This document shows, piece after piece, positions 41,101 to 53,100 of a stretch of 64,000 bases of DNA. Below the pieces are notes generated by a model, which was not told the DNA's origin, searched no databases, and saw only the letters and a list, made by a program, of their open reading frames with translations. The DNA is taken from the NCBI GenBank assembly GCA_964503335.1, contig CAZCZZ010000002.1:50164-114163 (forward strand), in the 5' to 3' direction. The DNA is from an uncultured Verrucomicrobiota bacterium (GTDB lineage: Bacteria > Verrucomicrobiota > Kiritimatiellia > CAIVKH01). A program made the translations under genes and the position numbers. The number at the start of each line of letters is the position of its first letter. The stretch's first letter is position 1.

Positions 41101-44100
41101 AATCTATGTCGATGGATCCACGAACGCCTCGGGCCTTTACGCCGTGGCCCTGCGTGGGTCGGCGAGTTCGAACGCCGATCCGTATGTCGAATTCGACAAC
41201 ATCGACATCAGCGCCTACGCCGTTGTGACCCTGCAGGTGGCGTTCGCAGTCGCCGGGATCGACAGCGGAGACGATCTCGAGCTGGATCTCTCCTACGATG
41301 GCGGAACAACGTGGAACGGACCCGGCAGCACGACGCTCGTCTTCGGCGCCAACAACACCAATCTCGGGTTCACGGGCATCGGTTCCACCACGGTGGCTTC
41401 GAATCCCTGGTTTGTGAGCCTGCCATCGACATCGAAGCAGGTGAAGGTGCGCATCCGGTTGGACGAATCGTCGAATGACAACTCGTTTGATCGCACCTTT
41501 GCTGACAATATCCGCCTTACCGGCGCGAATGCGGCGCCGCGCGTCCGCTTCAGTGCGGCGACGTACTACACCACGGAAACCAACGGCACAGTGACCATAC
41601 CGGTCACCATTTCCTCCTCCGCAGATGCCACCGTCCGCGTTGCGCTCGCCGGGTCGGCCCTGATCAACAGCACCAACGACTACACCGTCAACGGAACGAA
41701 CATCATCTTCGCGGCCGGCGGGACGACGACGTCGAACGTCGTGTTGACCCTGGTCGACGACACGGCCGCCGAAGGCCTCGAGGAGATCAACCTGCAGCTC
41801 GTGAATGGGCAGGGGACCGTGCCGGGTGATTCCGCTGTCACCGTGGTGCTGTTGCAGGATGACGATGCGTTTAGCGTCATGTCAGCCAACCTTACTGCCG
41901 GAACCAACATCGTCGACGGCACCTACACGTATGACGAAACGGCGCAGCGCATCATCCGCCGGCTTCGCCCGGACGTGCTGGCGATCCAGGAGTGGAAGTT
42001 CACCAACGCAAGTGCGCGTGCCTTCGTCGATTCCGTCCTTGGCACGAACTACTACTACTACATCGAGCCGGAGTCCGATCCCAACCCGATCCCGAACGGC
42101 GTCATCAGCCGCTGGCCGATCACCGTTTCCAACCAGTGGACTGACACGTTCGTGGGCGCCCGCGACCATGTGCAGGTGACCATCGACATTCCTGGTCCGC
42201 GTGACCTCCATGTAGTCTCGACACATCTCAAGGCAGGCACTTCGGATGCAGCCACGCGCCTTGACCAGGTGCGGGAACTCACCAACTACATCGCGACGGC
42301 GGCGTTCCCTACGAACGACTACCTCGTTGTGGCTGGCGACTTGAACCTGACGAACCGCACAGAGACGACGTTTGTCGTTCTGACGCAGGTGGTCACCGAT
42401 GCGCGGCAACCGGCCGATACGGAGGGCAACGTCAATTCAAGCCTCGGGAAGACCTCGCCCTTCGACCATGTCCTCCCGAACAACGTGCTCAACAACGTGC
42501 ACCTGACGAACCGCATGGCCGGCTTTGCCTTCACGAACGGCATGATCTTCGACACGGCCCAGTTCGACGATCACCTGCTCCCTGCGCTGGTGGAAGATTC
42601 CTATCCCACGAATCGCGCCCATCACGCCGTGCTCAAGCTCTTCAACTTGTCCACCGCCGCCGTGCCTCCCACCGTCACGACCACGATCGCATCCGCGACG
42701 AATCTCACGACGGCGACATCCGGCGGCAACGTTACATCAGACGGGGGTGCCTCTGTCACGAATCGCGGCGTCGTCTGGAGCACGAGTCCGGGTCCAACGG
42801 TCCCCGGACTGCAGACCACCAACGGCACAGGAACGGGCAGCTTCTCCTCGACGCTCACCAACCTGACTCCGGGCGGAACGTACTATTACAAGGCGTTCGC
42901 TCAGAACAGCGTCGGCACGGGCTACGGCGCCGAATACTCCCTCACGACGCCGTGCTTCTCGGGCATTGTCACCGGCCTTCTGGTCACCGTCACCAACGAC
43001 ATCGACTTCACGCTCACATGGAGCAATGTGCAGTATGCGACAGGATTCCAGCTCGATGTAGCCACCTCGGCGACATTCAGCACATCGGGTACGCAGGACG
43101 ATTTCACGGACGGCGACTTTACCAATAACCCTGCGTGGTCGGGCGACGCGACGGGCTATACGAATCTCACGGCTGGAACTTTACCGAGTGGTGTAGCCTC
43201 CACTGACGGAAATTACATCGGCAATCCCGCGTCGACCTCCGGCAACAACATCATGACCATCGCCTCGAGCGAGACGTCGGAATGGCGCTTCTCCCTGGGC
43301 AGTACGACCTTCAGCCCCTCGTCCGCCAATCACTTCGGCGTGATTCTCATGTCGGACAATGCTGTCCAGGGCGATGTCACGACAAACAGCTTCAACGGCT
43401 ACTATCTCCGTGTGGGTGTTGACGGCGCCACGGACTACCTTGAACTGTGGCGGAGCTCAGGCACGACCAAGACGAAGATCGGTGACTACACCACGCCGGG
43501 CAATTTCGGCGCCGACGGGCTTGAAGACGGTCTGGACCTGCGCATCACACGCAACGGAAGCGGCGTCTTCGAGCTGTTCTACGCTACCGGGTTCACGTAC
43601 GCCTCCACACCGACCAGCAACGGAGGAACGCTAACCAATACGACACATTCCAGCTCCTCCTACTTCGGCGTCTATTCGCGCTTCGCCAACACGGGTCGTC
43701 GCGTCTACATCGACAATATCCAGCTAGGGTCGGGCTCAAGTTCATATGTTGCAGGCTATTCAAACCGGGCAGTCGGCGCGACAAGCGCGACGGTGACCGG
43801 ACTAACCTCCGGTGCGACGTACTACTATCGCGTCCGTGCCACAAACGAATACTGCGTGAGCGCCAATTCCGTGACCGGCACCGTGACCACGGTGCTTCTG
43901 GCGCCGGACATCGCCGTCTATGGCAACAACACGCTGATTGCGGACGGCGACACGACGCCGGCTTATGCGGACCACACCGATTTCGGAAGCGTCGGCTTCA
44001 TCAACTCGAACCTTGTGCGCACGTTCACGATCACCAATACCGGCACGGGTTCACTCACCCTGGCCAACGTCACCACGAGCGGAACGGCTGCGGCGGACTT

Positions 44101-47100
44101 TATTGTGCTGTCGCAACCATCTACACCGGTCGCCGCGGGCGGAACCACGACGTTCCAACTTCGATTTGATCCGTCAGCGACGGGATTGCGCACGGCGACC
44201 GTCCAGTTTGCGAACAACGTAACCGGGAAGAATCCCTACGACTTCGTGGTGCAGGGCACGGGCGTTGCGGCGGGCATCCTGCGCAGCCCGACCAGCATCA
44301 GCGTGACGTCGATGGTGGGCAGCGCCCCGGCGGCGGCAGGGTTCGGCGTGACGAATGTCGGCCTGGGCCAGCTCATCTACACGATCAGCACCAACGCCCC
44401 GTGGCTCTCGGTGAGCCCGACCGGCGACACGCTCTGGGAGACGGAGGGCCAGCAGCACACGGTGAGCTTCAGCGTGACCGGATATGGCGCGGGGACTTCG
44501 AATGCCACGGTCACGATCACGGACAGCAACGCGTCGAACAGTCCTCAAACGATCGCGGTGTCGATGGTTCTGACCAATATCCCGGATGCCACCTCGAACG
44601 TGGCCACGAACGACGGAAGTGAACTGATCCGTATTGCGTGGACAAAGCCCGGGAGTCTCGATGTCATGATCGTGCACCGCGGTACCAATGCGCCCGTCGC
44701 GCCGACGCAGGGCACTGCGTACAACGTGGGCGACGCCGTCGGATCCGGTGGCGGTCGCGTCGTGTATAAGGGTGGCGGCGCGTACCTTGATCACGTTGTC
44801 AACCCGGGTAGCGACAATTACTACGTCTTCTACGCCGTGAACAACAACCACTACTCGCCCGGAGTCACGAACGTGGCGACGACACCGGCCTACGGCGCGA
44901 GCGAGCGCGTGGAGCAGTTCGGCTATACCAACGGCGTGTCGTTGAGCGGGCTTGGCGGGGGCAATCTCTTCACGAGCACCTGGTCGGTGGGGGCGGGCAA
45001 CTTCACGGTCCTGAGCAATGGCCCGACGCCGAACCTTTACGCCAACACCAATTATTCGGCCGAGGCGGCGCAGCGCGTGGTGAGCAGCAACTACGTCAAC
45101 GACACCGAAATGCGCGCGAGCCGGCGCTTTGCGGCGATCACCAATGGCTCAATCTACATCTCGTACCTCGTCGCCGTGGAATACGGTGGCGCGGGCAAGT
45201 ACACGGGCGTCCGCGCGTTGTCGAACACCACGGAACGATTCTTCGTCGGCGAAGGCGGAGGCAATGACCTGCTCGCCATCGATGGCTACGGAGGTGGCAT
45301 CCAGAACACGGCCTTCAACATCAACTCCTTCCAGTCGAATACCGGAAACGTCTACCTCGTCGTCGCACGCTATATTTTCAGCAGCAACCATGTCTCTGTG
45401 AAGGGCTACTACCGGACCGATACCGTGCCCGAGGCGGAGCCGGCGAGTTGGGATACATCCGTAACGGCCAGCAGCGACCGGTCGTACATCGACGGCATTG
45501 AAATCGTCAGCGGCGGCTTCTCCGGCAACCAACCAGGCCTTGTGGCCTTTGATGAAATCCGCGTCTCGACCAACTGGGCGGGCATCGTTCCTCCGTCGGG
45601 TGTCCCCGGAATCGGTGTCAATCCCTCCAGCGTGACGGTGTCGGTCATGCGCGGCTCAAGTCCTGCCGCCCAGACGTTCACCGTGACGAATGTCGGCCAG
45701 GGCGCCCTCAATTACAGCATCTCAACGAGCGTGAGCTGGATAGCCGTCGCACCGGTTGCCGGGTCGTTATCGGCCTTCCTGGGGCAGATCCACACCTCGT
45801 CGTTCAACACCGTTTCTCTCCCCGTCGGCACGAATATCGCCACGGTGACCGTCACGGCACCGCTTGCGTCCAACTCGCCGGTCACGGTCACCTACAACGT
45901 CATTGTGACGAACATTCCGCCGCCCACGAACGTGATCGCCAGCGCCGATGGCTACGAGATGGTCCGCCTCGGGTGGTCCCCGCCGCCCGGCCTGCCGACC
46001 GTGATGATCCTGCACGACGATGTGCCGATTGCCACGGATCCCTCGCAGGGAACGCTATACAATGTGGACAGCGCGGTGGGGCTCGCGCGCGTCATCTACA
46101 AGGGAACGAACACGTCGCTGGAGCACATCGTGGCGCCGGGATCCACGAACCACTACGCATTCTACGCGGTGAACGGGAACTACTATTCCACGGATGGTTC
46201 GTACACCGTCATCGAGTGTCCGGACACGACCGCGACCAACCTTGTAGCCGGTGACATTGCCATCTTCGGCTTGAACACGCTGACATCCGGCAGCACCAAC
46301 TACGACAGCTTCGGGTTCATCACGCTCACGGACCTGCCGACGGGGACGGCGATCAACTTCACCGACAATGGCTGGCGGAGCAACGACACCTTCAGGACCG
46401 GTGAGGGAACGATCACATGGTCGGCCACGAGTTGCGTGCCTGCGGGAACGGTGATCCGCTGGATCTCGACGAACACCCCGCAGGTCACGGTCGGAAGCAT
46501 CACGACCAATTCCTCATTCGCCCCGAATATCGACGGCGAGCAGGTGCTGGCCTACCAGGGCCCGGCAACCAACCCCACGTTCATCTATGCCCTCGGATCG
46601 CACACCGATGGCGTCTGGCACGTTGACGCGACGGATACGCATGAGTCCGCCTTGCCGCGTGGATTGACGAACGGCCTGACGGCCGTCGTCATCGCCGAGC
46701 TCAACAATGTTGTCATCAGCACAAACACGCTGGCGATTTCGGGCGATCGCGCCGCCATCCTCTCCTACTTTGGCAACACGAACAACTGGGTGGGCGATGA
46801 CAGCATCATCTTCGACCTCCTTGCGTACAACTTCTCGTTCCCCGACCTGAACACCAGCGGCGGCGGCGTGATGACCAATGTCACGATGGGCTTGTACCGT
46901 ACGAACGAAATCGTCGATGTGTTCGCGTACACGAATGGAAACTCGATCTCCTCGCCGGCGCGAAACGGTGGTTGGGGCTGGACCTCGACCTGGACCGGAG
47001 CGGCGGGAACGTGGACAGCCCTCACGAACAACACCGCCGAGATCTCCTTCCCCTCACAGCCCCTGTATCCGACGAATGCTGCAAATATCCTCAAGCTCAC

Positions 47101-50100
47101 GGATCCCGGCGTCAGCACGACCGGCCGCATGCATCGCTATTTCCAGGCTGTCACGAACGGTAGCCTCTATTTCTCAGGCTTCCTGTCCTACCAGTATGAA
47201 GGCTTTAACAAGTTTGCAGGCTTCAGCTTCATGAGCGGCGGGGCCGAGACCGGTTTCATGGGCAAGATCTCTTCGCCGAGCCATAGCTTCACGCTCGGTA
47301 TAGACACGTATGGAGGCTCCCGCGTGTTCGCCGCCTACGACCTGCGCGGCCAGGAGAACAGCACCAACAACACCTACCTGATCGTCGGCAAATACGACTT
47401 CGATACGGACCTGATCACGGTGCAGTCGTACTACCGCGGCGTTGCGGTGCCTGACACGGAGCCCGCGGATTGGGCCGCCACCGCGACCGTGTCCGGCGCG
47501 GGCATCTCCCTCATCGATGGCATCCGCGTCCACGGCGGCGCCGATGTGGGCACGATCGGCAATTGCTACTTTGACGAAATCCGCGTCGCGTCATCATGGG
47601 GCGCCCTGATCAACAGGAATCCCCCGACGGTCCTCACGCGACCCGTCTCCAACATCCTGATCTCCGCCGCAACCGGCGGCGGCGAGGTCACCTCGGATGG
47701 TGGCGCGACCGTCACGAATCGCGGCGTGGTGTACAGCACGAATGCGCTGCCGGTCTTGACCGACAGCCGGACATCCGATGGCACGGGCACCGGGATCTAC
47801 GCCAGCGTCATGACCAACCTGATCGCGGGCGAGACCTACTATGTGCGGGCCTATGCCCAGAACGCTGCGGGCACGTCGTTTGGCGCCGTCTCCAACTTCA
47901 CGACGCTGTGCTTCACCTCTGTCGTGACGGGCCTCTACGCGAACCCGACAAACAGCACAGACTTTACTGCAAACTGGTCGGCCCTTACCGGAGCGGCCCG
48001 CTACCAGCTCGATGTCTCCTCCGTATCCAACTTCACGGGCAATGCCCCGAACTACGGCGTGGAGGTGTTCACCAACATCGGCGGCGGCACATCGAGCAGC
48101 TACCTGCAGCGCAACTGGACGAATAACAATATCGCCTGGAGCGCCTTTGGCGCGCGCACGGACCAGACCATCGATGGCGCGGCGATTGCGCTGGAAGACG
48201 CGAGCGGTGCCTACATTGTCAGCGGCAGCATCACAGGCGGCATCAGTGAGCTGTCCGTGGTCCACCAGATGAAATTCTCGGGCGTGGGCAGCACGTTCGA
48301 CATCTTCGTCAACTCGACCAAGGTGGCGACCAACGTCGCCTTTGATGCCAACATCCAGACGGCGCGCGTGACAGGAATCAATGTCAGCGGCAGCTTCACG
48401 ATCTCGATTTCCAACCGGGCCACATCTGCGGAGCAGTTGGCCCTGGATACGCTGACGTGGACGAATGACAGCTCCGCCGGCTCGTTCATTGCCGGGTATG
48501 ACTCGCGCTCTGTGACGGGAACGAGCCAGAGCGTCACCGGACTCCTTGAAGGCGCCACGTACTACTTCCGCGTGCGCGCCGTTGGCGGCGGCTCGTGCGT
48601 CAGCGGCAACTCATCCACGGTCACCGTGGTCACCGTGGACAACCGGGGACCAAGCCTCTTTGCCTTCAATGTGGACAACAGGACCAATACCGACGCGATG
48701 ATCCGGAACGGGTTCGCAGTCACAGGCCTGGTGTACGATGCAGGGTATGGTGTCTCCAATGGCGTGAGCACACCGTACTACCTGATCCGGAACAATGCGG
48801 GCACTACGGTTGCAGCATCAAACAAGTTCACAACGGCGCCCGCCAATGGTTCGGTCGTGACCGGGAATCTCGCCGGCACCTTCAGCGCAGTGCCGCAGGC
48901 CGACGTGACGCTGGGCATCTACACCGCCATCGTCGGAGCAGTCGATCTGGTTCCCAATGTAAGCGTTTCGAACTTCTTCTTCACGGTGGTGGACGACGAC
49001 ACGAACATCCCCGAGCAGGTTACCCTGATGTCGACCAATACCGGCGGCGGCAACCTGCGCTTCATGCAGATTTCAATCGGCGCCGCCAATATCACGTTGG
49101 GTGGGGGCGCCACCTCCAACCTGTTCTATCCGACGACGGACGGCGCCCTCGCCGCTGTGGCCGCGGCAAATCCGCTGCTCTTCTGGATGGGCGCGCGCGA
49201 TGAATCCGGGCTCAATCGCGGTACCAGCACCCCGACGACCAACATGAACTTCACGCTCGATGCGATCGTGATCAGCAACACGGCGAACTTCGACGCGACG
49301 CGCAGCTCCAGCTTCGCGAGCACGACCAATACGCGCGCGACCAATGTCTGGGCCTGGACATCGCCGTTCACAAGCGACGAGCTGACGACCTTGATCACCA
49401 ACACCGTCAACGGCCTCGGCACGAATCGCATCAGCCTCAGCCTCTTTGACGCAGATGACGACCGGATTGGCGATGCGTTGACGCTGATCGACCGCCAGTA
49501 CGGATATCTTGTCGTGACGGACGATGACACGGTTGTTCCGACGGTGGGATCGACCGATATCAACGGCGTCGGCGCCGCCGGCCAGCTGTACACCATCTTC
49601 ACCGAAACCATGGGCACCGCCGGCACCAGCGGGGAGAGCATCGCCACGCACGAGACCAACAACCGCTTCGACAACACGGCCTTTACCATGAGTGGCACAG
49701 GCGACGCCCGCACCACGACGGCATCCACCGGCTACGACGGCGCATCGGGCTCGTTCAATATTCTGCTCAACGCCGTGGGCGAGACTTTCATCATCGCCGA
49801 CATCAATTCGTCGGCATACACGAACATGAGCCTGGTCTTCGGTGTGTACAAGAGTTCCACCTCGGAGAACGGCTCGAGCCTGGTCGTTGAAGTGAGCACG
49901 AATGGAACGACATGGAACACGCTGACCATTCCGGCGCTGCCCACGGGCGCGGGCACCGCCGACTGGTATTCGCGCACCAATTCCGCAGGGACGATACCAT
50001 CAGGCACGAATCTCCAGATCCGGTTCACCGGCAACACCACGTCCGAGCTCCGTCTTGATGACGTGAAGCTCATCAACTTGATCACGGACGTCTCGCTGAC

Positions 50101-53100
50101 CGACGGACAGATCGCGTCCGGCGGCTACGTTGTCACGTCCCGTGTCAGCGACGCCACCAGCGGTATCGCCGTGAGCAATGCGTTCGCCCCCAGTTACCTC
50201 ATCCTCAACCAGCTCGGCAACCTCGTGGTCTCGAACACCTTCACCACGCCCTTCGCAAACGGCGGAGGCCTGACGCTCACATCGGTGTATTCGACCGCCG
50301 CCGCGGCTGTCAGCACCAACGTGGTCACGTTGGGGATCTATACGACAACGGTCTATGTGACGGACGCCGATGCGGACCGGAACGGCGACCGACTTTCCAG
50401 CACCGGCACGCCGTTCAGTTTCACGGTGATCGATGATGACACGAACGCGCCTGTTGTTTCGGCCTTCCAGCTTGCGGGCGGCACAACCAACTTTGACCTG
50501 AGCCTTGGCTCCATCGCCATAACCGGTCTCCTGACCGATGCATCGAGCGTTCAGTACGGCGGCCTCACCCACATCCTGCTCCTCGACAACACCGGAGGCA
50601 TTGCCCAGAGCAACAGACTCTTCGCCGGCACTGGCTCGGCGGCTACCGGCACGCTGTCCGACGCCGGACTGAACTGCGGCAACATCTATACGGTCCGGCT
50701 GTTCGCGGCGGACGCCGACCTTGATCGTCCCGCGGACCAGCTCTTCGTGACGAACATGGCCCTGGTGATCCAGACCACAGGCACGGGCGGTCCCGCAGAC
50801 TATCCGATCGCGAGCAACCTGCTGGTAAGCGGCTCCACGGCGGCGCCGACGACCACGGTATTCGACGCAACCATTCGCACGGGCGGTTGGAGCCTCGCCA
50901 TGAGCCTGTCGCATCCCGTGGGCGTGTTTACCAATGCGACATCGCCGTCGTTCCGTGTGACCAACCTGGTCGCAGAGGTTATTGCGTTGATGCCCTGGAG
51001 CAACGCGGTGCAGTCGGGCAACACCTACTTCTTCACGAACGCGCCGCTGCCCGGCGCGGCCTACGCATCAGTCAACACGGGCATCCATTTCGTGGTGTGG
51101 TCCGCCAGCAACCAGGGCTCGTGCGTGGCCAGCATCATCGACCGTCCCGTCATCACCGGTGGCACGAACGTATTCGCGGTCGTGGATGAAGACGAGGCCG
51201 TGCCGGTCCTGAGCGGCTTCACGCTCCCGGGCGGAGGCAGCACAGTCTCTGTGGCGACTGCGTTCTCCGGATTTGCCATCACGGGCCTGATCCAGGACGC
51301 GGGCAGCGGCGTGGCCTTCACCTCGCAGCCGCCCTATGCCCTGTTCTATGACGTCAGCGGAAGCGTGCTGGCGAGCAACGCGATGCTTGGCGGAACGGAG
51401 GGCAATGGAACGTCGCCCGTCGCGTTCACCAACTGGTTCTCCGGCATCACCCTGAGCTGTGGAAACTTCTACACGGTGCGGGTCTTTGCGGCGGATGCGG
51501 ATAATGACCGCGCCAGCGACCGGACCTCGGTGAGCACCAATGTCATGGTCGTGGCGACGGAAGGATCCGGCGGCGATGCGCCGACAGCGCAGGACCTCCT
51601 CGTCAACAACACGGCCGCATCGTCTGTAACGCTGTACGACGAAACGATCGCTACAGGCGGATGGCAGGTTGCCCTCGTCATGTCGCACTCCTCGGGCAAT
51701 ATCGTCACCAACGGCCCGAATGCCCCTTCGTTCCTCGTCCAGAACCAGACAGGAACGCATGTCTATTCCACCTCTCCGCTGGTCTGGAGCAACATCGTGA
51801 AGTCAGGCGTGACGTACTACGCGACGAACACGCCGATGCCCGCAGCCAACACAAACTGGATTACGACGGGAACGTACAGCTTTGTCTGGTCCGCCCAGAG
51901 CGACGGTCTCTGCTTTGGAGTGACCAACGGAAGCGGCAATATCAACCCCGGGACGAACAAGTTCCTCGTGGTCGACGACGATGTGATTCCGCCGAACATG
52001 TCCGGCATCAGCGTGGCAGGGGGTACAGGCTCGGTGAGCGGTGCCTCGGACTGCGCGGACCCCACGGCGACCAATCTCCTCGCGGGAGACATAGCGATCT
52101 ATGCGATCAATACCAAGACAGGGTCGGGCACAAACAACGACAGCTTCGCCTTTGTGGCCCTCGTCGATATTCCGACCGGAACGCAGATCAAGTTCACCGA
52201 CAACGGATGGAAGAGCAGCACCGCATCGTTCCGCAATAACGAGGGCACGATTACCTGGATGGCGACGGGCTGTGTCCCTGCGGGCACATCCATTCGCTGG
52301 ATCGCCACGAACACGCCGCTGGTGAGCAGCGGGCAGATCATCGCCACCAACGGAACGTTCGCCCCCAACATCCAGGGCGAGCAGATCCTCGCGTATCAGG
52401 GATCTGAAAGCAGCCCGAACTTCCTGTATGCGGTCAACGACCGCCTGAACGGCATCTGGGACGTGGACGCGGTTGACTCCCATTCGTCCGCGATTCCTCC
52501 CGGCCTGATCGATGGCTACACGGCTGTAGCCGTCGGCGAGTTTGATAACATCATCATCAACACGAACAACCTCACGATCACCGGGGATCGAGACCAGATC
52601 CTCTATTACATTGGCGACAAAGACAACTGGATCGGGTCCGACACCAATGTGTTCGATCTTCTCCAGTTCAACTTCACATTCCCCGACGCCAACGCGGGCG
52701 GTGGCGCAGTAACGGACCAGGACATTCTGTTCGGCGGCTGGAGCATCACGGGCCTCGTGCAGGATGTCGGGAGCGGATTGCTCGTCAGCAACGGTCCCGC
52801 GCTTCGCTATGTCGTCCTGAACACGAACTCCGGCGTCGTGGTGTCCAACTACTTCTACACGACCTTCACGAATGGCACGAAGGTCGAGCAGAACCTCTCC
52901 AATGCGGTGAGCGCAGGCAGCTACAGTCTCAACCAGCTCGGCACCTTCACGGCCCAGCTCTACGCGGCGGATGCCGATGTGGACCGGATCGCAGACCACG
53001 CCGAGCGCAATACGAACGTGCCGTTCCAGGTTGTTGATGATGACACGGACTACCCGCAGATCGGCTTCTTCTATATCAACGGCCAGACCACGATCACCAA

